Source: Spirogloea muscicola | Lineage: Eukaryota | Direction of reading: 5' to 3' | Length of the DNA: 64,000 bases | NCBI GenBank assembly: GCA_009602725.1 | Contig: WELB01000016.1 | Location: forward strand, 1,153,691-1,217,690 | Shown: positions 13,460 to 26,900 of the stretch, piece after piece | Position numbering within the stretch: the stretch's first letter is position 1 | How the letters are laid out: each line of letters starts with the position of its first letter | Made by a program: the position numbers and the translations under genes | Notes under the pieces: generated by a model | Database searches by the model: none | Seen by the model: the letters and a program-made list of their open reading frames with translations, nothing else | What the model was told of the DNA's origin: nothing

Positions 13460-16400
13460 CGATGAGGATCTCCCCAGATAAGGGAGGCCCTGGCAGATGA
13501 CGGGATTGGCCCGAACGATCTCGTGGCTCTGAGTGCGGCTAGGCGGCGCTGTGTGCGCGGCAGCTCTGTGTGCGGCGAGGCGGCGCTGTGTGCGCGGCGG
13601 CTCTGTGTGGTGAGGCGGCGCTGTGTGCTTGCCAGCTGTGTGCGGCCAGGTGGAGCTGAGTGCTCATCGGCTCTGTAGTGTAATCAGGCAAGTCTTTGTG
13701 TTACTCTGAATACTTTGTGGTCATGAGTGCGTCTGCGTCTGCGCCAACATCTGCGCCAAGACGAGGACGGTCCGCCGGTCCTCCCACATCGAGACAGGAA
13801 GTGATGGCTGTAGGACATGAAGAGCAGGTACAGGTTGTTGAACATGGAAGACAAGGGCACACAGAGCAAGAAAACTATCAGGTAATGGGCCCACGCCCTG
13901 GGCTGCATAGACAGTTCCTCACAAAGTTGTACCCAGCTTGCCACAATGAGAAGGTGACATCAATTAGCGCAATGAGGTCTGGGACGCTGTCGATGAGGGT
14001 GAAGACTGCATGTCTGACTCAAGCAGGAAGTAATATCTGGACACGGAGACGTAAAATTGCACGGCAAGAGACATAGCAATGGAAGGGAAGGCGCTGGCGA
14101 GGCTCTTTGCGAGCTTTTGAAGGGCAGCATTTGCATTTGCTGAGAGGTTACATACAGGGCTTGTTTGCTCTCTAGGTACTGTACGATGTCTGTTCAGCTC
14201 CCGTTGCTTGCGTGGAGACAGAATCTGAATCAGGTGACGGAGTGGAGCAAGATCAGGAGGCATCGATCTGGATCTGGATCATGTAGCATGGTGTGCTGTC
14301 AGATGCTCTCTATCTGTCAGCGGCTGTCCGGAGCTGTTGCAACGGTGGGAGTTATTTGCTGTGTGAACTGAGAGAGCTGTGTGAGCCATGTGAGCCATGT
14401 GAGCTGAAGAGGAATGGCCAAGGACATACAGGCCAGGTTCTCTGAAAGATTCTCAGGGCTGGAGCAGAGCGTACTTCTGTAGAGCAAGAAGAACGTTGTT
14501 GAAAAATCTCAGCATTTCAGCAAGGATGAAGTACAACTGCGGATAGGGCGAAGAGCCAAGGTTGTCTTTGAGGACGCAGCTAGCGGCATCTGAGGATCTC
14601 TGTTACTTGCACCTGGATTTAAGTTGTGAATCTCAGACTTTGGAGTGCAAGTCTGAAGTCTGAGTGAAGCTGAATGGTACATAGATACATCTAAAGCTCT
14701 GTGTTTGCTGGCATCTGAGTAGACATGTCTGGCTGTAGTGAGCATCATCTGAGATATCTGGTACCTGGCAATGTGTGGAGTTCATTATCTGGCAGCTATG
14801 CTGGATCTGGCTGCAGCTAGCAGTATCTGGGCTTTCCAACATGTCTGGCTGCAGCTAGCAGCATCTGACGTTCCCAACATATCCGGCTGCGTGAGCACCA
14901 GCTGAGGCATCTGAGTAATCTGGAATTGGCGGCATGTGGGGATATAATAATCTGGCCGTATGCGTTGAGCGGACAGTGTAGGAAACCATAGGAGATCTGG
15001 AGTTGGAGCCACGGTTGCAGACACATGAATAGACGCAGGAACAGCATCAGGTGCAGGCACAAGATCCCAAGCAGGGACCGACAGGTACAGATGCAATTGG
15101 GAGTTGGAGATCTGAGAGGCGCATGATTTCATGCACATTTGCAGCACATCATATTGTGGCACAGGAGGAGGTGCATCGGGGAGGCGCAGTTGCAGGCGTG
15201 TCCAGTCAGGCAGGCACCGCGCAAGTGTGACATTGACAAGATCTGGCAACCCTCTCTAGCAGGGGCAACTGTGTGACCAATAGACATCTAGCTGATATTG
15301 GTGGACCTGTACTTTCTTTGAGGATCTGAAAGAATTGAGTTGGACTTTGCAGCAGAGCAGAAGCTGTGTAGCAAGACTTGAGCAGCAAAGCACATGAGCT
15401 GAGTAGCAAAGCAGCAGAGTAGCAGGACATGCTTCTTAGGTGCTTCAAGTGCAGTGGGAGCAGAGTCTTGGAGACTGCAGTCTGCAGCCTGAAGGCTGAG
15501 CGAGGGCTTGAGCAAGATGATGTGCAAGTGGAGCAGGAACTCAAGGATGTCAAAGACAGGCAACAAGTCTCACAGGTGCCTCAGTGAGAGGCAGTGACAC
15601 ATTGTTATATATAGCTGTGGCAGTATGACCAAACAATAGCAGCAGTGGGTGTAGCTCAAATGGCGTTCACGATTTTGGGTGGGAACATTGGCAAGCTGTG
15701 AGAAGGATACTATGGTGCTTGCAGGGAGTCACTGACTTCTGGGTGATGACTTCTGGGTGACATTCAAAAGTGAGAGATGGATTCAGTAAGTTGTTGGGCT
15801 ACAGTGAAAGAAGATGGCAAGGAAGATCGAGTACCAGCAGACCGTGACAACTTCGACTGGCTGAGGAGACTGTTACAAGCATGTGGATATCATTAAGGAC
15901 AACAGCTGACTGGAGATTTTCTGACCAAGGGGATGCCTGAGCCCTAGTTTGATTATGTAGAAGTCTAGAAATCGATTAGGTTTGGCTGCTTTGCGTATTT
16001 AGTGGGAGTGTTGAATATGGAAATATGGTGAATCAGTGGGTTGGTAGAATCACCCATTCCGCTCCTTCTGCTAGGCCGATGAGAGTCTCCTTAGATAAAG
16101 GAGGCCCTGGCAGATGACAGGATTGGCCGGAACGATCTCGTCGCTCTGAGTGCGGCTAGGCGGCGCTGTGTGCGCGGCGGCTCTGAGTGCGGCTAGGCGG
16201 CGCTGTGTGCGCGGCGGCTCTGAGTGCGGCTAGGCGGCGTGTCTGCGCGGCGGCTCTGTGTGCGGCGAGGTGGCGCTGTGTGCGCGGTGGCTCTGTGTGG
16301 TGAGGCGGCGCTGTGTGCTTCCCAGCTCTGTGTGCGGCCAGGTGGAGCTGAGTGCTCATCGGCTCTGTAATGTAATCAGGCAAGTCTTTGTGTTACTCTA

Positions 16401-16572
16401 AATACTTTGTGGTCATGAGTGCGTCTGCGTCTGCGCCCACATCTGCGCCAAGACGAGGACGGTCTGCCGGTCCTCCCACATCGAGACAGGAAGTGATGGC
16501 TGTAGGACATGGAGAGCAGGTACAGGTTGTTGAACGTGGAAGACAAGGGCACACAGAGCAAGAAAACTCTTA
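13459..16572 (+). mobile_element. Internally deleted Ty1/Copia LTR retrotransposon
   Basis: 5' LTR (truncated) 13459-13880 ends ...ATCA, followed by PBS GGTAATGGGCCCAC. RT remnant LLYIAV at about 15600 and RNase H remnant GDFLTKGMPEP...RNRLG at about 15910-15980. Purine tract agtgggag precedes the 3' LTR starting TGTTG at 16009. Confidence 0.85.
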
Positions 16573-16599
16573 CTTTCAAGAGAATTCCTCTCAAGTTGG

Positions 16600-18760
16600 T
16601 TCTCATATAAACACGTGAATGCCACATGAAACAAAGGACAAGACTTGGCTGTCATAGGTAGATTTCATACAGATAAGCATATGGCATCCTATCTGTTCTC
16701 TTTTGCCTTCCTGACATGAAATTGAAGACCCCCCCTTAAGAAATACGAGCTCCTTCACTCTCCTAAGTGCTTTCCAGATGATTCTGGCAGGGAGCGAGAG
16801 AAGGGAGAAGGCAGATAGTAGCTTCCCTGGGCCCATGGCCTTCATTCGTCGTCCAGACCCTGACCTCATGCCTGGGCCTACACTTGCTCTTTGACGATTG
16901 CACCTTCCGGCGCTTTCAGACCTTGTTCGTTCTTTCTTGGGGTGGTCTTCCACAGACATTGCCTTCCATTGAAGAGCTGTTTCGGTTTTGCTATCTGTAG
17001 ACCCACAGGCACATAGATTACCTGCTTGGAGAAGTACCAGAAATTGAATCCTCATCTTTCAAAGGTTTCTCAATTGGTCAGAACACTCAGAGGAAGCCGT
17101 CATAGCTCTTTCCGAAAGTAGCCTTGAAGGAGTTGTGTATTGGACAGGTTCTTGAGCACCCAAGCATATCTGCTGTCATAAGGAGTGGTCTAACAGCTTC
17201 AGAGTACTCCAACTCCACCCCTTCTCATCGCCCATGGAACCGGAAGTATCATATATACCAATGGATCAGGTGCAGTGTAGTCCATGTGCATGTGATTGAA
17301 GAATCACTCAATGCATCTTGCAGGATGTTAATCACATTTCCTCTAGGAATATCCCGTCAGGTCAATATAAAATCCTTCAAGGCAAAGAGATTCACTTCTG
17401 CAAACGCGTGTAAGATCGTTAACTCTATTTCTGGTTTTGTAGTAGCTGCTGTTATCTGGCACGTCAGTCTGTATTGCTTGTCTTGCTCTCTTGCTGAGCG
17501 AGCAGCATCTCCCTGAGCCTCTGTGAGAGAAACATAGCGGAGGGGGTACGAAGTATTTCAGCTGACCAGGGTCCCTTTTGAGCATGATCGAATTTGACCC
17601 CCTTGGCTACTCCCGACATTGTTGGAAATATGCGAATTTCCACCAGCATCACAGCAAGATGAAAATAGTCAAGTGAAGCTCGAGCAACCGCACATGCTTT
17701 TTGTGCAATTGCTGTTCTCACTGACGTCCTTGCACCTGCTGCTACATCAACAGTACCTCACTTGTACGTGAACCCACTTCCATGACATGGCAGGGGGTTC
17801 CTTCCTCTCGAGCTCAGGCTTCTATTTTAGATGCTGTTCTGAGGCAGGAAGCTGCCAATGCCGCCAATACTCTCGCTTGCAACGTCAGACACGGCTGCTG
17901 ACTTCTCTTGCTCATGGAAGGAAGTGTAATGGCTGCCTGCGAGCATTGAGTAAGTACGCAGACAGAAGCGTGGGTAGCTGCACGATTTTCGCTAGTTGAG
18001 AAAGGGGTACTCACACGGAGTTGCATTCTCTAAGCCCTTTGCTGCAGTTGCTAAGTCCAATCCTATACGTACCTCAGTGTCAGTTGAAGATCCGGAAATT
18101 TCACAGCAACAAATGGATGTGCAACGTCTACCTCAATGGCGAGCTTGACTCATGATTCACTGCGCAAAGCCTGAGGGCCTTGTTCATCAGGAAGAGGACT
18201 CACTCATTTGTCTGCTTGTTTGCCCGATCCAACTTCCAGAAGAAGTGACAACTTTGCAATGCTTCACTGCACTGCCTTAAGTCGCTTTGACATTCGTGAC
18301 GTGTGATTCTAGTAATCAAGACAGGCATTTTCCATATTTCTCTTGTACATGCCTCATGCCTTCATCTGTCTCCGTGCTAAGGATTGGCTCTCTGTGCATA
18401 CTTGTGCTATGGTTCGCTGTGAAAAGCAAAGCAAGAGTACCTGCTGGGTGCTTGTCAACCTGGCAAGCTTCAGCAGATTGGGCTACTATTCATGAGATCT
18501 TCATGGCCTCCTTGATATGGCAACAATGACGAAGTCAAGAACACACTGAGCAAGGTGCGCTGTGTACTTCCTCCAGTTTGTTGTGTACATGCGCCCGAGT
18601 AGTGTCTGCTGAGGCTGTCATTGTCACTCTCTGGCCAGGATTATTAGCACTTCTGCGACTGTGTGCACGCTTGTGTCGACACAAGCAGGCCCTGTGCACG
18701 GCTCTTCAACGCCTTCTGTGCAGGTCGGTACCTTCTGCTCAGCCTCACTCAGCCACCAGA
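16600..18760. repeat. Unclassified decayed dispersed repeat, possibly coding-derived
   Basis: 17122-17225 matches 52715-52822, which is joined to sequence matching 23145-23515 and 35125-35495. Confidence 0.45.
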
Positions 18761-18809
18761 TTACAAACACCAAAGAGGAGGCGGATGCGGGTGCTGACCA
18801 ACTAAGGAG

Positions 18810-19890
18810 AGAAAAAGAAAGGGCTCGCCCATTGAGGATAGGGGCTGGACAAGCCAGCCCAAAAAAGAATAAACAGAGTACGAGAGGGGGCCAGGGGAAG
18901 TGCTAAACAGAAGAGCGGCCTCGACAGCCAGCCAGGTGACTCCGAGGGCGGGCGGCTCAAGAGGCGCAGCGCGGCCGGCCCGGGCGCGCGTGCGGGCGTG
19001 TGATCCGGGGGAGGACGGCCGGGAGAGCCGCGCCGGCACGGCGGGGGGGCTCCGCGCCCCAGGCGAATGGGCGGCGCCGTGCCTAGACACGAGATGATGC
19101 AGATGGAAGCTCAGTACCCACGAGTAAGCAACAGCAGGCCAAAGCCGAGTAGCTCGCAGCTGGGAAAGAGGGACGTAAGGCACTGGCTGTGAGAGACCAG
19201 CCCAACGAGAGAGAAGGCGCGCGTCTCGCATGAAAGGAAAGCGTGGCCAAGACAAGCCTAAGACATAGTTCAGACAACAACCAGTGCAAAGAAATGGCGG
19301 TCTTGTCGACCGGTCCTACAAGTAGAAATGACGCGTTTAGAGGAGAAGTGGCTCTCCCAATGGGGGCAAGGGCTGTGAAATGCCAGCCCGAAAAGAGTTG
19401 CCAAAGGTTCGAAGGGGCCAACTTGACGGAGAGGCCTAAAGCGCGGAGCAGCCAAGGCGTGGGCCATGGACCGCAGAAGGGGGACTGACATCTCCAGGAG
19501 AGGGCGATGGCTGTGATTTGCCAGCCAAAAAAGAGGTCTGAACCAAGTTCGAAGGAGGCCAGAAAAGTGCTAAGCGAAGGGTCAGCCTACGGAAGAAGTG
19601 TGCGCCCATAGAGGATAGGGGCTGGGAAAGGTCAGCCCCAACATTGAATGAACGAATGGCGAAGGGGCCATGAGGAAGGGCTAAAGCTAGCAGAATGGAA
19701 TCAAGCAGCTAATAAATACTCAGTAACACTCAACTACATCCGCTTCTGGAGCTGATAGAGAAAGAAACAGCTCCTCCAATCTATGGCATCGGCTTTGAGA
19801 GGCCAGCCCAGAGGAACGTACATCATCTGAAAGGGCCGGAAGGCGCAAGAGGCAGGATACTCAAGCAAGTGGGCGGGCCTCAAGAACCTA
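18810..19890 (-). repeat. Stack of minus-strand CRE-like 3'UTR variants
   Basis: Hairpin motif copies near 18842, 19185, 19371, 19510, 19620 and 19791. 19500-19890 is duplicated at 61700-62100. Confidence 0.75.
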
Positions 19891-20945
19891 AGAGGACAGG
19901 AGTTTGTCGTGACCAGCGCACCGCCGACGCGGTGTCGCCGCCTCGCTTGGTAGCTTCCGAGCGCGGGGCCCACGCGTGAAGAGGGCGGCCCGTCCGTAGT
20001 GGTGGCGGGCATTCCCGAGACGACCACTCCTGGAGGACGTGGCGCCACAAGCGGGCAGACCCCCCAGCCGGCGGCGCACGTCGACAGAGAATCAGATCTC
20101 GAGCTGCCGCCATGTCTCCAGGTGTGCGTCAGCGCGAATGTGGCGAGCGAGGGGCCGAGCTTGGGGAGCTGGCCGCTCAAGTTCTACGCTGCGCCCACGG
20201 CGGCGAGCGGACAGCGGCCCACGACCGCCTCCGCGATGCGATGCATGGTATCCTGGTGGAGGATGGCTTCTCGGTGGCAGCGGAGACCTCCGCCGTCATG
20301 CCGCTCCAGGAAAGGGCACCGACGGTCTCCACGCTCGTCGCGGAGACCTGGTGGTCAGCCGGCGGGTCGCGTCTTGACCTGGACGTGGTGACTACCGACG
20401 CGTACAACCGCTCCCACCCAGCCCAATGCGCCACCAAGGCTGGGTATGCTGTCGCCTGCGCCGCCTGGGCTAAGGAGCTCAAGTACGCCAACCATCCGCG
20501 GGAAGACGAGTTCTTCCCGTCGGCTATTGACACCCATGGAGCGCTGGGCGCTCGTTGGCTCGAGCTGCTCAACCAGCTCGCCCGCAACGCCATCGTCCGC
20601 CGCTTCCATGGAGAGCCGGTGGACTTTCCTGCAGCCGGGTCGCTGGCGCAAGTGTACCGTATGCGCCTGGCCGTCTCGCTGCAGCGGTCAATGGCTCGCG
20701 CGCTGCACCTGCGTGCCGGCAGAGCCCTCGCTGCTGCCTCTGGCTCTGGTCAGAAGACCCACTTCCAGGAGCCTAGCTTCTCTGACCTGCGGCTGCTTAG
20801 CAGGGGGTACTGAGTGATTCGTAGCTGCTTTGTTTCTCTGTGTGCTTGTCTTTCTTAGCGCTTCCCCTCTCCCCTTCTCGTCCTTTGTTCATTCTCTTTT
20901 GGGCTGGCTTGTCTAGCCCCTATCCTCAATAGGCGAGCCCTTTCT
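19890..20945 (+). mobile_element. Longest subfamily B copy (decayed CCHC + RLE + 3'UTR)
   Basis: ORF 20112-20813: RECGE...VLRCAHGGERTAAHDRLRDAM...DLDVVTTD...KELKY...DLRLLSRGY*. Confidence 0.92.
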
Positions 20946-21350
20946 TCTGCCCAACCGTTGGCACGCCGTTCGGCCTTCAACAATCTTCCGCTGCTAACGG
21001 TAGCCCGCCATGGCTACCTGAAAGCATACTTGATTCAGGTGGGGCCCGCAGGATGCTGACCTCGCTTGCCACGAGTGCGGGCATGTCCACCTTGCTTTGA
21101 GGTCACCTGATGTGACCGCAGCGGGGGCCTCCACCGCCGGGTCCGCATGTGCCAGGCCCAGGCTTACCCGTAAATCATCGTAGTTGGGCTTGATGACCAG
21201 AATGGTCAATGGCAGCCCTGGCGGGCTAGCGTCAGCAGCGGAACACTGTTGAAGGCCGAACGGCGTGCCAGCGGCTGGGCAGAGCCCAGTGAGAGGTGAT
21301 GGGGGATGGAGCGTTGAGGGGGCAGCGAGGCAGGGCTTGGGCCAGTAAGT
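20946..21350. mobile_element. Foldback/MITE-like element with long inverted repeats (second copy 31510-32615)
   Basis: ccgttggcacgccgttcggccttcaaca...gcccgccatggctacc at 20956 is the approximate reverse complement of 21211-21274. Confidence 0.75.
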
Positions 21351-22289
21351 TGAAAGTGACCCAGCAGCGGGGTTGGTCAAGTGCCCTTCCTTGTGTGAGT
21401 GTCCGGGCCCCTGCCCTCGTCTAGTGTTTTGCAGTAGCTTTGTAGTGTAGTCCTTTTTCGGCACTTCTATCTTTGGCTTTGGACATTGTCCATCTTATTG
21501 GGCTGGCTTTGCCAGCCCCTCTTCTCTATGGGCGAGCTCTTTCTCCTGCGCCAGGCGCGTCGGGCGCCCGGGTCACGAAGGTCTGGTCGACAAAGGTCTG
21601 TGTCTGCCTCCGGTCAACCCTTGACCTACCCTGACCTGCGGTCCGATCAACAGTGACCTGCCAGGACCGGCGCCAGGAGCTGTGGTGCCGCCATGTGGCG
21701 GCTCCTCGCTGCGCTTCGCAACTACCGGGAAGTAGCCGTATCCAACCTCGGTCAGCTTAGCACTATGGCTTTCCATCAGCTATGTCTACCTATTAACCGT
21801 AATGGTTAACCCCAGATTCACAACAGGCTTGTCATGAGATATTCCGTCGGTGGCTTATTGATGACGATCTGACAAGGCATGTGAGGTGGCTGCACACGTG
21901 GACAACCGAGGCACGTCACCTATCAGTCTAATGGGAAATAAGTTTCGCCAAGACGGCACCTCCAGCTCAGCCCTGGTCATATGAGATACCTAAGCTAACT
22001 TCATTTAAGTACGTGGATTCTGTTGACCATACAAGTGCAGGAACTATGTGTGATGAAGCTTGGAAGCCTCTGATGGCACGTGTTTGGTGGAAAAGAAGGG
22101 TCAGGTTGCCTCGTCTCGACGATGCCTCAAACTGCGCTAATTGCTTTGAACAAAGAAGAGAATGTCACCGACAGCGGGGAGTGTATGGGTCGCATTCAGC
22201 CGGCTGCTAGCTCAAAAAGCTATGCGACAGAGGTAAGAGGGTTTTGCCCCGCAACTTCTTCTGCCACCGTCTTCATGGAAAAATCTCGT

Positions 22290-22980
22290 AAATTTGAAAC
22301 AAACGAAGGCCAAATGGCCAAGTACAAAGGCAAGCACATCTGAAGACCTACATGACCTACAGCAAATTGACCCGCTCACTTACCACGGGTCAAAACATGA
22401 AGGTCGCTAATCGAAGCCTGAATACTAGATGGCAGATACGAAGCCCTTCTGCCACCAACTAGAGCTCGCGCAGCTTTCTGGTGCAAAGCATTTGCCTGAG
22501 CACGCTGCAAACAGGCCGAAAGTCGTCGTCGCAAGAACGACAAGAATGCAGCTGGCAAGCCCATCTCAGCCGAAAACACATTTCTCTGCATGTCGTGTGT
22601 AGCCTAGATTGGCAATACTCTGAAGGAGAGTGAGGAAACGAGGACCTAGACAGCCAAAGATGTCGACTGCTGCTGGCAGGAGCTGATCGCATTGGGGGTA
22701 ATTGGAGTAGTGCTGCAGTTGTTCTGCACCGCCCACTGCGTGGCCAGCGATGTGCGTCGATGCTGGACCTTTACAGGCCTCCGTAACAACGTCATCGACC
22801 AAGGCCCGTGGTCCTCCACCAGGTTGCACGCCCACAATGTCAAGTGTGCGGCGATGATGACGTCCCCGGGCACCCGTGGTGATAGGCATGATGTTGTTCA
22901 CTCCCACGACCGCTCGGTACTTGGCAACGCGCATCAAAGCCGCCACGGCATCGCGGAGGAGGTTGTGGATGCCCAATAGA
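22290..22980 (-). mobile_element. 5'-truncated subfamily C copy (RLE)
   Basis: HNLLRDAVAALM...RTLDIVGV...LVDDVVTE...RRRLSACLQRAQANALHQKA...DLHVLTRGK*. Confidence 0.88.
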
Positions 22981-23920
22981 CATCTATAAGCTTGCAAGCG
23001 ACTGTGCCTCTCACCTGAGAAAGTGAGGCAGCCGGAGCTTCCAAAGGTACAGCACTGACGAAGAAGAAGGGATGCTGCCTGGCGCATATTTTCAAAGCAG
23101 TGTTGCTCAATATGCACACAACAGCAGACTGTGTCAAGGCGGAGCTTACATGCAGTTTCTGCTCTTTGTGATGGCATGAAGCGTGCTGCACTTTTGACAG
23201 ACCAATCGATGGTAACAAGAGTGATCATACTGGCCAGGATCAAAGTACTCACGAGGAGCCTGTATCTCTGAATCAAAACAGAAATCATGATGGCTAGATT
23301 GTGCCTCAGGTACTCCTCGAATGACTGCACATGAAGGGCATACTTTCATTAGAAACTTTTATATTGATTGTCTTCTCCACATTCTTGTACAGCTTGCAAG
23401 CTCGTTGAAGCTTCTAGAGGTTGTACGTAGTCGGTGCAATCTGGAAATCCAGTAGTACAGATAAGTGGCGGATGCAGTAATGTGTTTGACATGTGTGCCG
23501 ACATACAAGTTCAAACGAAAGGTGACAAGGGGAACAGATTGACATCGACGTTGGCCACAAAGTCAGCAGGTGAATGTCAACAACCTGCAGGTCACAGGGA
23601 TCCTGCAGAAGGTGGTGATGAGCACAGCGGTAAAGTGTTGGAGGCACTCAGAGCATCAACATCAGATTAATGTGACCTTCAACAATATTGATAGACTTCG
23701 GTGGCTAAGGGAAAAGGGTGGTCTCTCAGGGCCGTTCATTCGACCCAGTGGTCGACCTGACCTTGAGTTGGTGGTCTTCGGCCGTCTGTTCCACGGTCGC
23801 CTTTCCACTGCTTCGGTANTCTGCCTAGCCTTTGGCTCCGTCATGAACACCTGTATGCATCTGGCTGGCATTTCACAGCCGATTCTTTCATATCAGCAGC
23901 CGCTTTCTTCTTCGGCGCAG

Positions 23921-26900
23921 GTCAGCAGCTCCCCGCCGCCGCTGCCGCTGCCGCCGCCGCCGCCCGCTCCGCCACCAGCAGGCGCCCCCTGCCGCTGGCC
24001 TTGCCACCGCCTTGCTAACGCTGCTGTGCCCGTCCTCGTCAGCCACGGCGGTGCCAGCGGGGGAGGCCGCCGCCTCGAGGGGCTTCGGCTCCGCCACCGG
24101 CGCCACTTCAGAGCGCCGCACGGGACGTCAGCTCCTCGCCACGCACCCTGACCGTGAGGCCCTCTCCCTCCAGGCCGGTGCCGCCCCACCCCGGCAGCGA
24201 GGCCGAGCCGCCTCTGACTCTGGCCGACTCCTGGCTGATTCATCGCGTGGCGCGCAGTGGCGGCGCTGCACTCCTTCAAGTCTAAGGTGGGCAGCCCCGC
24301 CATACTGTCCACCTGGGTGGGGAACAACCCCTGCGCCGGCTGCACAACTGCCGGCGCCAACTGCTCCTGGTACGGCATCCAGTGCGACAGCACCGGCCGT
24401 GTCAGCTCGCTGTGAGTGCCACACCCGCCGCCCTGGCTGCCCACTCGCAAATGCTCGTCCTCCCCAGCCTTCTCAGCTTCTCTGCAGACTGCGCTACCGC
24501 AAGGCCCTCACCACTTCGGCACTAGTGAGTGGCACTGGCCCTCTGTCCGCCCTTCTGGATCGAGAGCTACCACGGCACCAGCGCCATCAGTGCATCCAGT
24601 ACGTTGGATCTGACACCAGTACAATTCTCTTCATCCCCCAGAGTGGTGGTGAATGCCAACCTGAATGGCACCATCACGTCCTCCATCGGCAGCCTGGCCG
24701 GGCTGACGCGATTGTAAGATCTCCTATGGTCATGGGCTACCTCAAGTGGCAGCTGATCACCACAAGCTGGTCGCTGCAATGTGCAAGATATTTTCGTTGG
24801 ACTGTGACGCTTTGGAGAGAAAGAAGCACTTACTGTATCTGTGACAATGTCTTAGGCACCTCTATGGCAATCGACTAACAGGATCAATTCCGAGCACCAT
24901 TGGACAGCTGGCAAAGCTAGACCTCCTGTCAGTACTCAACTTGACATTCACCTTGTTTTTGGTGGTCATTGCAAAGGTCTGCCACAGAGTCTCTGCAGGC
25001 ATGTGCAATTGCTTGATTGCGGATAGGTTTCCCTCAGAACCTGATGAACTCTAGTGCAAGCAGGAATCTTGATCACAACTTTTTGGCTGGGAGCATCCCA
25101 CGCTCCATCGGACAGCTAGCGCAATTGAGCCTGCTGTGAGTGTCCAGAAGATGATTAAGTATATTGGGTGTTATTTACTTGTATCAGAACTACTGCTCGG
25201 CATGATAAAGATTCCGCGTTCAAATCTGTCGGTGACAATATCCTATGCCTCTGCAAGGCTTCAAACTTCACAAACCCCTCCACACGTCTCCCACAGGAAT
25301 CTCAGACTGGCTGTCTCAACCGATATTGCAAGTTGAATCTTTTCAGCCAATTACACTTGGTGTTGTGGGCTCGGGGATGTTCAATCTCATTTCCACCTCC
25401 GAATCTGCTGACTTCATCCAAATTTGCACGATACTGGTGCAGCCATCTTTGCTGCAACAATCTGACAGGAGCGATACCAAATACCATCACGAACCTCACC
25501 AACCTTGCAATTCTGTCAGTTCTCTTTGTCAAGCAACCTTCATCGAGCCTCATAGCAAAGACTGCCAGTCTGAAGGCACTTTGCCTATCCTCATATGTGA
25601 AATTAAATTGTGAGCTGTAGGTTCCACCATTGCATTGGCAGAGATAAGACCTCTCTTACTGCATTCGAGGCAACTTAGGCAAAAGGCCTGTACATCATTT
25701 GCTCGCTCTCAAAGCTGTACTTGGTTCTTTCCGTCCAGCATCATGGACAACAATGGCTTCACAGGCAAAATACCATCCAACATTGAGGGCATGTCTAAGC
25801 TTCTGAAAATGTAAGTGGCAGAGCACCATAGCTCTGTACTCTGTCTTATGAAGAGAAGAAGCCTGTCCTTGCCTGATGTAAAACAATAGCTGATGCATAA
25901 TAGTTGGCCTCTTTTGTATAAATTGCTGATACTTAATTGCGTAGATGCTTGCATCACATTTAGAACTAGACTGACATACAATGACAAGGCTCGCTGGACA
26001 AAGCTCTCTGCAAGACATCTCAAAATTCCTTGACTTGCTTGGCAGTCAATTGGCCCATAACAAGCTGACGGGCCGAATCCCTTTCTTCTACGACTCCTTC
26101 ACCAGTCCTCGCTTGCCTGAACTTATAGTCGTGTATGTGCTGCGGCTCATCATGCTACCCTCTTGACTACTCTGTCAACATTCGAAGCCATGAAGTGTGC
26201 AACGATGAGCAACTACTCTGCTTGATTGTTGGTGCAAAAGGGAGGACTTGACTGACTTTTTGTGCTGTTGACTCCGCGCAGGGATCTATCATACAACAAC
26301 CTCACTGGATTCTTTCCTATCAGCCTGACTCTAATTAAGACCATTCAAATCATGTGAGCATTGCCCCACCGATGTGAGAGCATACTTGTTGCGAGTTAGA
26401 TGCCGCTTGAGACGCAGATTGGCGTGTGTTCAGAAACAAGTCAGGCCCTCAGCATAGGACCCTTCATTCCCAACCTGACCCTCTGACAGAAATTTAGCAC
26501 TTGACTTTGAATTCGGTGCATGACCCAGCTACATCTTGGCCCATGCCCAATTGTAGATTCTGTTTATCAGCTGATCGTCAAAGCATGCTGCCGCTGAAAG
26601 TCAGTCGTCCTCGTTGTGATGTAGCAATCTTGCTGGAAATAAATTGACCGGCACAATCTATGCTCGCGTCGGGAGTTTGGGATTGCTGACGAAATTGTGA
26701 GCTGCTTTACAATGATCAGCTCTGCACAGTATTTGTACGAGAAATATTGTGTGCATGTTTGCTGTATCATGCTTGAAATTTTTTCACTCTCACATATACC
26801 TTGTTGTGAATTGCCATTATCTGTTGTCGCCAGTGATGTTTCGAAGAACAACTTCCAAGGTGGCTTCCCGTCGAGCTTATATCCACTTCTCAACAAGACG

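Noticed and set aside
20811..20940. UGA readthrough/SECIS or HDV ribozyme in the 3'UTR
   Set aside because: No SECIS core, no conserved downstream frame across subfamilies, and no P4/J4-2 elements of an HDV fold.
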